The notes under the pieces: generated by a model
What the model was told of the DNA's origin: nothing
The model's database searches: none
What the model saw: the letters and a program-made list of their open reading frames with translations, nothing else
Made by a program: the position numbers and the translations under genes
Shown here: piece by piece, positions 30,008-39,481 of the stretch
Layout: each line of letters begins with the position of its first letter
Position numbering within the stretch: the first letter of the stretch is position 1
DNA from: an uncultured Eubacteriales bacterium
GTDB lineage: Bacteria; Acidobacteriota; Aminicenantia; Aminicenantales; Aminicenantaceae
Length of the DNA stretch: 64,000 bases
Assembly (NCBI GenBank): GCA_964445575.1
Contig: CAYULB010000006.1
Location: forward strand, 1,061 to 65,060
Reading direction: 5' to 3'

Positions 30008-30894
30008 GATAAAAGGGCATCTGTGAATTCTTGGGGAGAAAATTCAAGCATATCGCTCTCTTCTTCTCCAACGCCTATCAGTTTGATGGGAAGGTTCAGT
30101 TCATCCACGATGCTTATGGCACTTCCCCCTTTAGCGGTTCCATCCAGTTTGGATGAAAATATCCCGGTAAGTCCAGAAAACTTTGAGAATTCTCTTGCCT
30201 GATGAAGGGCATTTTGTCCGATGCTTGCATCCAAAACCAATAGGACTTCATGGGGAGCTCCCGGGATTTCTCTTGAGATTATTTTTTTGATTTTTTCAAG
30301 TTCATTCATCAGGTTTATGTTGGTATGGAGGCGGCCGGCTGTATCGATGAGGAGCATTTGATAATGGTGGGCTTTAAAAGATTGAATGGCATCATAAGTT
30401 ACCGCGGCAGGATCTGCTCCGTATTTGCTTTTAATAACAGGCACATTTAACTTTTTCCCCCATTCAGAGAGCTGCTCTTGAGCCGCGGCTCGGAAGGTGT
30501 CTGCAGCTACCATAAGCACTTTTTTGCCTTTTTTCTTGAAATGATATGCTGTTTTGGCAAGAGAAGTGGTTTTTCCTCCCCCATTAGTGCCTACAAACAT
30601 GATAACGGTTCCGTGGGGATTTATGTTTAATTTTAAAGAATATCTGGAGAGGATTTCTATGATTTGATTTTTTAAAACCTGCTTTATGGTTGAGAAGGAG
30701 TCAGACTTTTTTGTTTTTTCTTTTAATCCAGCTATGATTTTTTCAGAAGTGTTTATCCCGGTATCTGAAAGGATTAGAGATTCCATAAGTTCATCCAGGA
30801 CCTGGTCTCTTTTTTTGGGGGATTTGAGCACTTCCTTTATTCTTTCATTAAAAACTTCTCGGGTGCGGGAAAGTTTGTCTTTGAGACGGATCAT
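30004..30894 (-). CDS. ftsY: signal recognition particle receptor FtsY (short form, NG domain only)
   Basis: 'GTNGGGKTTS', 'DTAGRLH' and 'KLDGTAKGG' GTPase motifs. No acidic A domain. Confidence 0.9.
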   Translation of the reverse strand: MIRLKDKLSRTREVFNERIKEVLKSPKKRDQVLDELMESLILSDTGINTSEKIIAGLKEKTKKSDSFSTIKQVLKNQIIEILSRYSLKLNINPHGTVIMFVGTNGGGKTTSLAKTAYHFKKKGKKVLMVAADTFRAAAQEQLSEWGKKLNVPVIKSKYGADPAAVTYDAIQSFKAHHYQMLLIDTAGRLHTNINLMNELEKIKKIISREIPGAPHEVLLVLDASIGQNALHQAREFSKFSGLTGIFSSKLDGTAKGGSAISIVDELNLPIKLIGVGEEESDMLEFSPQEFTDALLS

Positions 30895-30996
30895 GGCGTT
30901 AAAGGAATTATATTTTTCATGGAAATCATTGTCAACGTGATTCCATTGATATTCTTAGATATTAGATTTTGTTGATTTTGGGTTGTTGATGTTTGA

Positions 30997-32724
30997 GTGC
31001 TGTGTGTGTTAAATTTAAATCCAATGGAAAATGCTGCTTGGCTGCTGCCTAAATTTGATCATAGAATCCTTGGTTTTGCTTCTGAACTCGGTCTTTCTCA
31101 AGAAACAGCTCAAATTCTTTATAACAGGGGAATAAGGAACAAACAGGAGGCTGAGAAGTTTTTATTTCCCTCGAGAGAAGATTGGAGTGACCCTTATCAA
31201 ATGGAAGGAATGGAGGACGCGGTCCAAAGAATAGAAGAAGCGGTCAGGAAACAACAGAAGATACTGGTGTTCGGAGATTATGATGTGGATGGGATTCTTT
31301 CAGTAGTGATTCTTATGAAAGCTCTTGAATCTATGGGAGGACGTGTTGAATATTTTATTCCTGATAGATTGGAAGACGGGTATGGCATGAAGACCAAGCA
31401 TCTTAAAATGGTGCTGGAAAGAAAAATTGGCTTAGTTATCAGTGTGGACTGTGGGATCAAAGCGGTTCTGTTTACAGAAGAAGCCAAGGCAAAGGGAGTG
31501 GATGTTATTATAACGGATCATCATCAGCCTGGTTTAGAGCTCCCCAGAGCGGTTGCTGTTCTGAATCCAGCATTGGAAAACTCAAGGTACCCGGATAAAA
31601 ATCTGGCGGGAGTGGGGGTGGTTTTCAAACTGATACAGGCGCTTCTGGAAAAAAGAAATAAAGGAAATGTTCTCTCTCATTACTTAAAACTGGTATCTAT
31701 CGGCACCATTGCTGATGTTGCTGAATTAAGAGGCGAAAACAGGATTTTCGTAAAACAGGGTCTGGAAGGCCTGAAAGCTGTATCCAATAAAGGCCTGAGG
31801 AGTCTCCTTTCAGTTTGCGGGTTGGGGTGCGGGGACGTGACAACAGGGGATGTGGGTTTCAGAATCGCTCCAAGATTGAATGCAGCCGGAAGAATGGGAA
31901 AAGTAGACCTTTCTGTAGATCTTTTTCGGGTTAAGGATGATGAAAAAAGCATTGCCATTGCCGCGCATTTGAACAAACTGAACTCTTTAAGACAGAAAGC
32001 AGAGATAAAGATTTTTGACCAGGCTTTAGAAAAGATAGAAAAAAACAGGTTGAACAAAAAATATAAATTTTTGGTCTTGGGGAGCCAGCACTGGCATAAG
32101 GGAGTTATCGGTATTGTTGCCTCTCGATTGAAGGACATTTATTACCGGCCGGTGCTCCTGTTTTCCTATGAAAATGGGAAAGCTGTAGGCTCGGGCCGGA
32201 GCATTCAGGACTTTTCATTGATTGACTGTATCAGAAACAGCAGCCAATTTTGTCTTGGTTTCGGAGGACATCCTTTAGCCGTGGGATGTGAAGTCAGCCA
32301 AAAACAGTTTGATGACTTCAGAAAGAATCTAAACCATTATGCTGAGAAAGAAATAAATAAAGCGGCTTTAAAAAGAAAGATAAAAATAGACGCCGAGATT
32401 GATTTTAAGCGAATAAACCATTCTTTTTTAGAGGAAACCAACCTGCTTCAACCCCATGGAGTTGGAAATCCGAAGCCTGTCTTTTTATCCCGTAAAGTTT
32501 TGATTGCTTCGAGACCGGCGGTTCTTAAAGAAAAGCACAGCAAGTTTATGGTAAAAAAAGAAGGGAGAAATTTAGAGGCTGTGGGCTGGGGGAGAAAGGA
32601 CTGGGTCAAATATTTTGCTGGGGGTGATTGGGCAGATATTGTCTATTCTTTAAGCAGCACCGAATATCTTGGGGAGAAGCGGCTGAATCTTGTGCTGCAT
32701 GACATAAGACCAGCTCAAAGATGA
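30997..32724 (+). CDS. recJ: single-stranded-DNA-specific exonuclease RecJ
   Basis: 'VFGDYDVDG' and 'ITDHHQP' DHH motifs plus 'GGHPLAVG' (DHHA1). The start is uncertain (GTG 30997 or ATG 31024). Confidence 0.85.
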   Translation: MLCVLNLNPMENAAWLLPKFDHRILGFASELGLSQETAQILYNRGIRNKQEAEKFLFPSREDWSDPYQMEGMEDAVQRIEEAVRKQQKILVFGDYDVDGILSVVILMKALESMGGRVEYFIPDRLEDGYGMKTKHLKMVLERKIGLVISVDCGIKAVLFTEEAKAKGVDVIITDHHQPGLELPRAVAVLNPALENSRYPDKNLAGVGVVFKLIQALLEKRNKGNVLSHYLKLVSIGTIADVAELRGENRIFVKQGLEGLKAVSNKGLRSLLSVCGLGCGDVTTGDVGFRIAPRLNAAGRMGKVDLSVDLFRVKDDEKSIAIAAHLNKLNSLRQKAEIKIFDQALEKIEKNRLNKKYKFLVLGSQHWHKGVIGIVASRLKDIYYRPVLLFSYENGKAVGSGRSIQDFSLIDCIRNSSQFCLGFGGHPLAVGCEVSQKQFDDFRKNLNHYAEKEINKAALKRKIKIDAEIDFKRINHSFLEETNLLQPHGVGNPKPVFLSRKVLIASRPAVLKEKHSKFMVKKEGRNLEAVGWGRKDWVKYFAGGDWADIVYSLSSTEYLGEKRLNLVLHDIRPAQR

Positions 32725-32763
32725 CATGCTTTTCTGGAGAGAATAAATTATAATATATATATA

Positions 32764-32785
32764 TAACCTGGATTATTCACGAGTC
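32764..32785. repeat. single-arm copy of the dispersed intergenic repeat
   Basis: TAACCTGGATTATTCACGAGTC is the reverse complement (1 mismatch) of 9402-9421, and it shares GACTCGTGAATAA with 47910-47922. Confidence 0.65.
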
Positions 32786-32842
32786 AAGATTCCGGCCTTA
32801 TAGTCATAATGGGATAGATTCCTTTATAATATAAAAAGGAAC

Positions 32843-34720
32843 ATGGTTTCTGTGCGAAAACAAGTTAAAGAAAAAAAGGTCAGCCCTTCCATAATATTTA
32901 GGCATTTAACTCTTTTCGGTCTTGTTTTGGTTCTGGTCATTATTGGATTAAACATCATTTCCAGGTCAGGGAAGGAAGCCAGGATTTTGTTGTCCGATGA
33001 AGAATTGGAAGAACGGAAAGTCCAGAAAAGAGAAGAAGTTGTCTATTTACAGGATGAGAAGGGAAACCTGGTTCTTGAGTCAAAAGCTGACCGGCAGTAT
33101 CTGGGAGAAGATGGATTTTATCACATGGAAGGAGATGTGCTCATAAAATTTTTAAAGCGCGCCGAAGGAGAAGATGTTGTCATAAGAGGTGGTGAAGTTC
33201 TGCGTGACCAGAAAGAAAATCGGCTCATGGTGCAAGGAAATGCTGAAATCAGGTTCAAAGACCTTGTTATCAGATCTTCTTACCTGGAATATGATAATAA
33301 AGAACATATTATTAAAACAGATGAAGGGGTATCTTTTTCTTCTGATAGGGTCAAGGGAGAAGGAAAGTCCCTGATTTGCTGGGAAAGAGAAAAAGATTTA
33401 AAGATAAAAAATGATGTACACCTTGAATTTACACAGGACCAAGAGAGTTCAAAGGTCATTTATGCAAGCGGAGATGAATTGTATTACACCCATAAATGGG
33501 GGAACGGCTACATCCAGGGAAAGGCAAGTGTTAAGGCTGGGGAAAATTCAGTTCAGACTGACCGGCTGGAATTTTATCTTCCTCCAGCTAAAGATTTCTT
33601 AAGGTCCCTGTTTTTGGAAGGAAATGTCAGAGGAGAGTTTGTTTTGAATTCTAAACCTGAAGAAGACAGGGAAAGAGAAAGATATAAAGTTGGTGCTGAA
33701 GAAGTGTTTGTCAGGTTTTTTAAATATCTTGATACTCCTCAGAAAATAGAGGCTAAAGGGGATTGTTTTATTGATTCACATCAGCAGGAATCAGGTTTCA
33801 ATAGGATTCAATCAGGAAGATTCACCATTGATTTCAGAAGATCCGGTGAAATCAGCAATTTTATTGGCTCTGATAAGGTGCTGCTTGAAGACAGTGCCGA
33901 AGGTCATAAACGACAGATCAGAGGGAATGAATTCTCCCTTGATAAAGCAGAAGAGACTTTAACTGTGGTGGGCGATAGTTTCCAGAAAGCAGAGATTTTT
34001 TCGGAAGATTATGATATTTCAGCCGATAAGATATCCAGTTTTCTAAACAGCCAAGACCTTAGTGCAGAAGGAGAAATTACCGGTGTTTTCAGGTCTTCTG
34101 GAAGTCATGAAATGAACATAGGGATTTTCTCTGAATCCCAGCCTGTGTTCATCTCAGCACAAAGTATGAGATATTTAGAAGAGCTGGAACGTTTTGTATT
34201 TAAGGAGAAAGTCAAATTGTGGCAGGGTCAGGAAATGCTCACTGCAGGGGAAGTTGTGGTCAAAAAAGAAAGAGAAGGGCTGAGTGCCAGTAAGGGAGTG
34301 CAGACACTTTTTCATTATGATAACAAACAGCAGGAGGGGAAAAAAATCAGGGTCTTATCCCAAAGCATGGAGTTTGACCCCCAAGAGCATAGAATACTGT
34401 ATCAAAAGGAGTGTTCTATGGAAATCGGAGATGTCCGAATAAAGGCAGATTCCTTATGCATTCAAATTGAGGAGAGAGAGATGAAGGATATAACCGCAGA
34501 GGGTTCTGTGGTCATCTCAATGGGAGTTTATGAAGGAAGAGGGGAAAATGCTGTTTATTCATTTGATAATGAAGAGATTGTCCTGACCGGGAATCCTGTT
34601 CTTATAGAGGAAAACAGGGGAAGGACAGAGGGCGACAAATTGACTTTTAGTATGGCCAATGATAGAATCATCGTCGAAAACAGAGGAGACGAGAGATCAG
34701 TAACGGTAATCAAGAAGTGA
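32843..34720 (+). CDS. membrane-anchored LptC/LptA-like (OstA-fold) LPS transport protein, unusually long (625 aa)
   Basis: N-terminal TM anchor ('LTLFGLVLVLVIIGLNII'). Repeated beta-rich segments. C-terminal 'LTGNPVLIEENRGRTEGDKLTFSMANDRIIVEN' resembles the LptA C-terminus. Sits immediately upstream of lptB-rpoN, where lptC-lptA normally lie. Confidence 0.55.
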   Translation: MVSVRKQVKEKKVSPSIIFRHLTLFGLVLVLVIIGLNIISRSGKEARILLSDEELEERKVQKREEVVYLQDEKGNLVLESKADRQYLGEDGFYHMEGDVLIKFLKRAEGEDVVIRGGEVLRDQKENRLMVQGNAEIRFKDLVIRSSYLEYDNKEHIIKTDEGVSFSSDRVKGEGKSLICWEREKDLKIKNDVHLEFTQDQESSKVIYASGDELYYTHKWGNGYIQGKASVKAGENSVQTDRLEFYLPPAKDFLRSLFLEGNVRGEFVLNSKPEEDRERERYKVGAEEVFVRFFKYLDTPQKIEAKGDCFIDSHQQESGFNRIQSGRFTIDFRRSGEISNFIGSDKVLLEDSAEGHKRQIRGNEFSLDKAEETLTVVGDSFQKAEIFSEDYDISADKISSFLNSQDLSAEGEITGVFRSSGSHEMNIGIFSESQPVFISAQSMRYLEELERFVFKEKVKLWQGQEMLTAGEVVVKKEREGLSASKGVQTLFHYDNKQQEGKKIRVLSQSMEFDPQEHRILYQKECSMEIGDVRIKADSLCIQIEEREMKDITAEGSVVISMGVYEGRGENAVYSFDNEEIVLTGNPVLIEENRGRTEGDKLTFSMANDRIIVENRGDERSVTVIKK

Positions 34721-34723
34721 AAG

Positions 34724-35449
34724 ATGAATACATTTTTAGAAGCCAGAGGACTGGACAAGAGCTACCGCAGAAAGAAAGTGGTGAACAATGTATCTATAAA
34801 AGTCAATAGAGGGGAAATTGTCGGGATTCTGGGGCCTAACGGCGCAGGGAAGACAACCACATTCGGATTGATTCTTGGACTTATTCCTCAAGATTCCGGT
34901 CAAATATATTTAGAGGGAAAAGACATCACTCACCTTCCTATGTATCTGAGGGCAAGGAAAGGATTGTGCCTCCTTCCCCAGGAACCTTCTTCATTCAGAA
35001 AATTGAGCGTGAGAGACAATCTTTTGGCAGCAAAAGAAATCATGTACAATTCTCCTATTGAGGAATCAGATATCATTGATATGTTAACTGAGTTTGGACT
35101 GGAGGAACTTATAGAGGGAAAAGCGGCAACTTTGTCAGGAGGGGAAAGGAGAAGACTTGAGATTGCTAGAGCCTTGGCCACAAATCCGGATTATATTCTT
35201 TTAGATGAACCCTTTACCGGGATAGACCCTCTTGCTGTATTTGATTTGCAGAAAATAATCTATTCACTGAGAGAGAGAGGTATTGGCTTGCTTATAACAG
35301 ATCACAGCGTGAGAGAAACCCTCAAAATTACTGACAGAGCTTATATAATAGACAAGGGAGAGATCATCGTCCAGGGAACACCGGATGAGATTGTTAATTC
35401 AGATAAAGTTAAGCAGTCTTACCTAGGGGAGGGATTTAGACTTGAGTGA
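34724..35449 (+). CDS. lptB: LPS export ABC transporter ATP-binding protein
   Basis: Walker A 'GPNGAGKTT', signature 'LSGGERRRLEIARAL', Walker B 'ILLDEP', and position before rpoN. Confidence 0.9.
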   Translation: MNTFLEARGLDKSYRRKKVVNNVSIKVNRGEIVGILGPNGAGKTTTFGLILGLIPQDSGQIYLEGKDITHLPMYLRARKGLCLLPQEPSSFRKLSVRDNLLAAKEIMYNSPIEESDIIDMLTEFGLEELIEGKAATLSGGERRRLEIARALATNPDYILLDEPFTGIDPLAVFDLQKIIYSLRERGIGLLITDHSVRETLKITDRAYIIDKGEIIVQGTPDEIVNSDKVKQSYLGEGFRLE

Positions 35450-35478
35450 TTTCTCTGGAGGAATTTTAAGATAGAAAA

Positions 35479-36921
35479 ATGGCTTTAAAACAACAGCTGA
35501 GTCAGAAGCAGACTCAAAAACTCATCCTCGCCCCTGCTTTGCAGCAAGCCATAAGAATGCTTCCTTTAACAAACTTAGAGATAATTGAGGTCATTGATGA
35601 TGAGTTATCTGAGAACCCTCTGCTTGAAATTAAAGGAGAAACAGTCAAAGAAGAACAGGAAGACCGGAAAGAAAAAGAACAGGGACTGGACTCTGGTGAG
35701 AATGATGAGCCTTTTGAAGCAGAAAATGACCCTGAGTTTGAGGCCATGTATGAGCAGTACTTTGACAATAGGTTCCATTCTATTTATATGGGCAAAAAGG
35801 AAGCGCCGGATTATGAAAACTTTATCTCCAAAGAGCTCTCACTTTGGGAACGGCTTAATTGGCAGGCCAATTTGACTTTTTTCGATGAAAAAGATAAGGA
35901 AATCGCTTATTATATCATAGGGAATATTGATGAGGACGGGTATTTGACCATTTCTTTAGAAGATGTTTCCCGCTCTGTGAAAGCCCCTTTGGATAAAGTC
36001 AATAAAGCGAGAGAAAAGATAATGAGATTCGATCCCATAGGTGTGGGAAGTCTTTCTCTTAAAGAAGTTCTTCTGGTTCAGTTGGATTATTTGGAAATAG
36101 ACAGCGCGAATTTGCGGAAAATCATTCATGACCACTTAGACCTTTTAGAAAAGTCCCGTTTTGAGGAGCTGTCCAACGTTATGGGCATCAGTCTATCAGA
36201 GGTAAAAGAGCTGATTAAAGAGATCCGGAGATTGAATCCAAAGCCGGGAACCATGTACTCTCAGGAGAGAACAGATTTTATTGTGCCGGATATTATTGTG
36301 GAGAAAAAAGACGGAGAATTCGCCATAAAGGTTAACACTGAAGGCATTCCCAGCCTTAGGATCAATAAGTTTTACAGAAAGCTGATAGCTCGTGCATCAA
36401 AGGAAAACCCTGAAGCTTATGAATTTCTAAAAGATAAATTAAAGAAAGCCTTTTGGTTTTTGCGAAGTTTGGACCAGAGAAATAACACCATTTATAAAGT
36501 CGCAAATTTTATCGTCAACAAACAAAAAGACTTTTTAGAGAAAGGACTGGATTACATCAAACCGCTGACCTTGGTTGAACTGGCTGAAGAAATTGGAGTT
36601 CATGAGTCAACGGTGGGACGGGTTGTGGCTAATAAACATATGATGACTCCAAGAGGAGTATTCCCTTTAAAATATTTTTTCCATAAAGCTCTTTCTGGAG
36701 AATCAGGAGAAGAGGTTTCCACTCTTCGGATAAAAGAGAGAATGAAAAAGCTTATAGAAAATGAGGAAAGAATTTATCCTTTGAGTGATGTAGAAATAAG
36801 TGATATTTTAGCAAAAGAAGATTTCAATATCGCAAGACGGACAGTGGCAAAATACAGGAAACAGTTAAAAATCCCGCCTTCTCACATAAGGAAAAGAAAA
36901 TATTTGATGGAGGAACCATGA
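35479..36921 (+). CDS. rpoN: RNA polymerase sigma-54 factor
   Basis: N-terminal 'LKQQLSQKQTQKLILAPALQQAIRML', an acidic region II, and the RpoN box 'ARRTVAKYR'. Confidence 0.92.
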   Translation: MALKQQLSQKQTQKLILAPALQQAIRMLPLTNLEIIEVIDDELSENPLLEIKGETVKEEQEDRKEKEQGLDSGENDEPFEAENDPEFEAMYEQYFDNRFHSIYMGKKEAPDYENFISKELSLWERLNWQANLTFFDEKDKEIAYYIIGNIDEDGYLTISLEDVSRSVKAPLDKVNKAREKIMRFDPIGVGSLSLKEVLLVQLDYLEIDSANLRKIIHDHLDLLEKSRFEELSNVMGISLSEVKELIKEIRRLNPKPGTMYSQERTDFIVPDIIVEKKDGEFAIKVNTEGIPSLRINKFYRKLIARASKENPEAYEFLKDKLKKAFWFLRSLDQRNNTIYKVANFIVNKQKDFLEKGLDYIKPLTLVELAEEIGVHESTVGRVVANKHMMTPRGVFPLKYFFHKALSGESGEEVSTLRIKERMKKLIENEERIYPLSDVEISDILAKEDFNIARRTVAKYRKQLKIPPSHIRKRKYLMEEP

Positions 36922-37445
36922 TTAATATCAATTATACGGGAAGACAGATCAATATCACGCCTGAGATAAGAGATTTCTGTGAAAAACGGATCAAAAGTAT
37001 TGGCAAGTTAATAAAATCTCCTGCTGAGATGGACATTGTGTTATCTGTAGAAAAATACCGACACCAAGCAGAGATAAACATTTCTGCAAAAGGATTCACT
37101 CTCAATGCGGCTGAAGAGACTCAGGATATGATTTCTTCTTTGGGTGCTGCTTTTGAGAATATTGAGAGACAGGTGAAAAAAGAAAAAGAAAAGATGAGAC
37201 AGCGCAAAAGAAGAATAAGAAAGGAAGCAGAGTCCTTTCCAGATGAGACCGGGTCCCAAATACAGGGAACCAGGATTATAAGGGATAATGATTATATCTT
37301 AAAACCCATGTCCGTGGAGGAGGCATCCCTTTTATTTGACCCGAAAAAGAAAAGTGTTTTTGTTTTTAAGGATATCGATACCCAGAAATGGGCGGTTTTG
37401 TATAAAAGAAAAGATAAAAATTTAGGTCTGATTGAACTTGAATAG
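36918..37445 (+). CDS. hpf: ribosome hibernation promoting factor (long HPF)
   Basis: 'INYTGRQINITPEIRDFCEKR' S30AE-type N-terminus plus a C-terminal dimerisation domain. Position after rpoN. Confidence 0.85.
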   Translation: MININYTGRQINITPEIRDFCEKRIKSIGKLIKSPAEMDIVLSVEKYRHQAEINISAKGFTLNAAEETQDMISSLGAAFENIERQVKKEKEKMRQRKRRIRKEAESFPDETGSQIQGTRIIRDNDYILKPMSVEEASLLFDPKKKSVFVFKDIDTQKWAVLYKRKDKNLGLIELE

Positions 37446-37460
37446 AATAGAGAGAGAAAA

Positions 37461-37937
37461 TTGAAAGTAAGCAATTTATTAACCAATGATAGGGTCATCT
37501 TAGAGTTAGAAAGGGAAACGCGTGACCAGGTTTTAAAAGAAATGGTCTCCTTTCTGAAAGAGAAAAACAAGTCCATAAAAGAAAAAGAGCTGTATGAGCG
37601 GCTCATACAGAGGGAAAAGCTCGGCAGCACAGCCATTGGAGAAGGATTTGCTATCCCGCACTGCAAAGTAAAATCTGCGAAAGAGTTAAATGTGCTTATG
37701 GGTATATCCGGAAAGGGTATTGACTTTGGTTCTCAGGATAAAAAGCTGACCCATGTTTTTTTCCTGGTGGTTTCTTCACCTGATAATCCGAGTGTCAATT
37801 TACAGGCACTGGCTGCTATCGCTCATCTTATCCGGAAGTCCAAGAATCTGGTAAAAAAAGTTATCAGGGCGAGAAATATAAGTGAGGTTTTAACTGTTAT
37901 CCAAAACGAAGAGGAACGTATAGATGAGTCGGACTGA
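37461..37937 (+). CDS. ptsN: PTS IIA-Ntr nitrogen regulatory protein
   Basis: 'STAIGEGFAIPHCK' active-site His block. TTG start. Conserved position after hpf. Confidence 0.85.
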   Translation: MKVSNLLTNDRVILELERETRDQVLKEMVSFLKEKNKSIKEKELYERLIQREKLGSTAIGEGFAIPHCKVKSAKELNVLMGISGKGIDFGSQDKKLTHVFFLVVSSPDNPSVNLQALAAIAHLIRKSKNLVKKVIRARNISEVLTVIQNEEERIDESD

Positions 37938-38517
37938 CCAGAATTCTTCTCCCAAAGACAGGGATTCTAATCAGAAAGTGATCTCAGGGGGGATGCTTCA
38001 AGTCAATGGGCTTGGAGTCTTGATCAGAGGAGACAGCGGAGTGGGAAAAAGCGAGAGTTCTTTGGAGCTGATATCCAGAGGATGGCGTTTCATCTCCGAT
38101 GATGTGACCAATGTAAAAAAAGTATCAGAAAAGAAATTAATGGGAACCTCCCCTGCCTTGAGCCGTTACTTTATGGAGATAAGAGGGCTCGGCATTATCA
38201 ATATCAAACAGATCTTTGGTTCCAAGTCTATCTGCAAGCGCTCAACTATAGATTTGGTGATAAACTTAAAGAAATGGGAACCCGATAGAGAATATGATCG
38301 ACTCGGGTTGGATTCGCTGGAAAAACATGAGCTTTTGGATGTGAAAATTCCCCAAATTGTGATTCCTGTGGCCCCGGGCCGGAATATCGCCACCTTGATA
38401 GAAGTGGCGTGCAAAGTGCAGATATTGAAAGAAAAAGGCTATCATGCGCCTAAAGAGATTTCCATGAGGCTGGACAAAACCATTGAATCAAAATTAAAGA
38501 AAAAAAAGACAAAATGA
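37924..38517 (+). CDS. hprK: HPr kinase/phosphorylase, short form (catalytic C-terminal domain only)
   Basis: 'GLGVLIRGDSGVGKSESSLELISRG' P-loop, 'ISDDV', 'EIRGLGIINI'. At 197 aa it lacks the N-terminal domain. Confidence 0.8.
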   Translation: MSRTDQNSSPKDRDSNQKVISGGMLQVNGLGVLIRGDSGVGKSESSLELISRGWRFISDDVTNVKKVSEKKLMGTSPALSRYFMEIRGLGIINIKQIFGSKSICKRSTIDLVINLKKWEPDREYDRLGLDSLEKHELLDVKIPQIVIPVAPGRNIATLIEVACKVQILKEKGYHAPKEISMRLDKTIESKLKKKKTK

Positions 38518-39371
38518 CTGATTACAATTTCTTGATTATAACAGGATTATCTGGTTCTGGAAAAACAATTGCCAGCCGGTTTTTTGAGGACTTTGGTTAT
38601 TACTGTATGGATAACATACCTGCAAAGCTGATTCCGAATTTTGTGGAACTGTGGAGAAAAAAAGAATTTCAGATAGATAAAGTGGCTTTTGTCGTTGATA
38701 TAAGAGAGGCGGGATTTGTTTCAGAGTTTCCTAAGATTCTAAAAAAGATCCGCAAGAAAGTTTCTCCCTGTGTCATATTTATGGAAGCTTCAGATGAAAC
38801 CTTGGTAAAAAGATTCAGTGAAAGCCGGCGCCCCCACCCCGTGACAGAGGGGAAGACAGTCATTGAGAACATTCAACTGGAAAGGAAAAAGTTGGCTGAA
38901 ATCAAGAGCCTTTCAGATGAAGTCATTGATACTTCAAAAATAAATATTTCTGACTTAAAAAAGCTGATTTCTGACCGGTTTTTAAAAAAAGGAGAATACA
39001 GGATCCAGATCATGCTCATTAGCTTTGGATATAAATATGGAATTCCTTTAGATTCAGACCTTGTTTTTGATACCCGGTTTTTACCAAATCCCCATTATAT
39101 TGATGAGTTAAGAGAGAAGACAGGAAAGGAAAAACCAGTTGCGGATTACATTTATAATTCTGAAAAGACCCAAGAATATCTCCACGGATTGTTTGAATTC
39201 ATTGATTATCAGCTGCCCCATTTTATTGAAGAAGGAAAGAGTTATTTAACCATTTCAATCGGCTGTACCGGGGGAAGGCATAGGTCAGTTGCTGTGTGTG
39301 AATGGCTGAAAAAACATCTGGAGAAAAAAAAGTATAGCATTCAAATTTCGCATCGTGATATATTCAGATAG
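38514..39371 (+). CDS. rapZ: RNase adapter / nucleotide-binding protein RapZ (YhbJ)
   Basis: 'IITGLSGSGKT', 'DNIP', 'IGCTGGRHRSV' blocks. Confidence 0.9.
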   Translation: MTDYNFLIITGLSGSGKTIASRFFEDFGYYCMDNIPAKLIPNFVELWRKKEFQIDKVAFVVDIREAGFVSEFPKILKKIRKKVSPCVIFMEASDETLVKRFSESRRPHPVTEGKTVIENIQLERKKLAEIKSLSDEVIDTSKINISDLKKLISDRFLKKGEYRIQIMLISFGYKYGIPLDSDLVFDTRFLPNPHYIDELREKTGKEKPVADYIYNSEKTQEYLHGLFEFIDYQLPHFIEEGKSYLTISIGCTGGRHRSVAVCEWLKKHLEKKKYSIQISHRDIFR

Positions 39372-39481
39372 GACCTATTTTTTAGTTAGGGCATAAAGAG
39401 CTTAATGATTTGAATGATACATGATAAAATAAATACTGGATTGATGTTAACAAAGATGAAACATTATGAACAGGATATAAA

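Noticed and set aside
32749-32766. (TA)n runs as a CRISPR or tandem-repeat array
   Set aside because: These are only a short dinucleotide low-complexity tract with no spacer-repeat periodicity. No CRISPR-like array occurs anywhere in the window.
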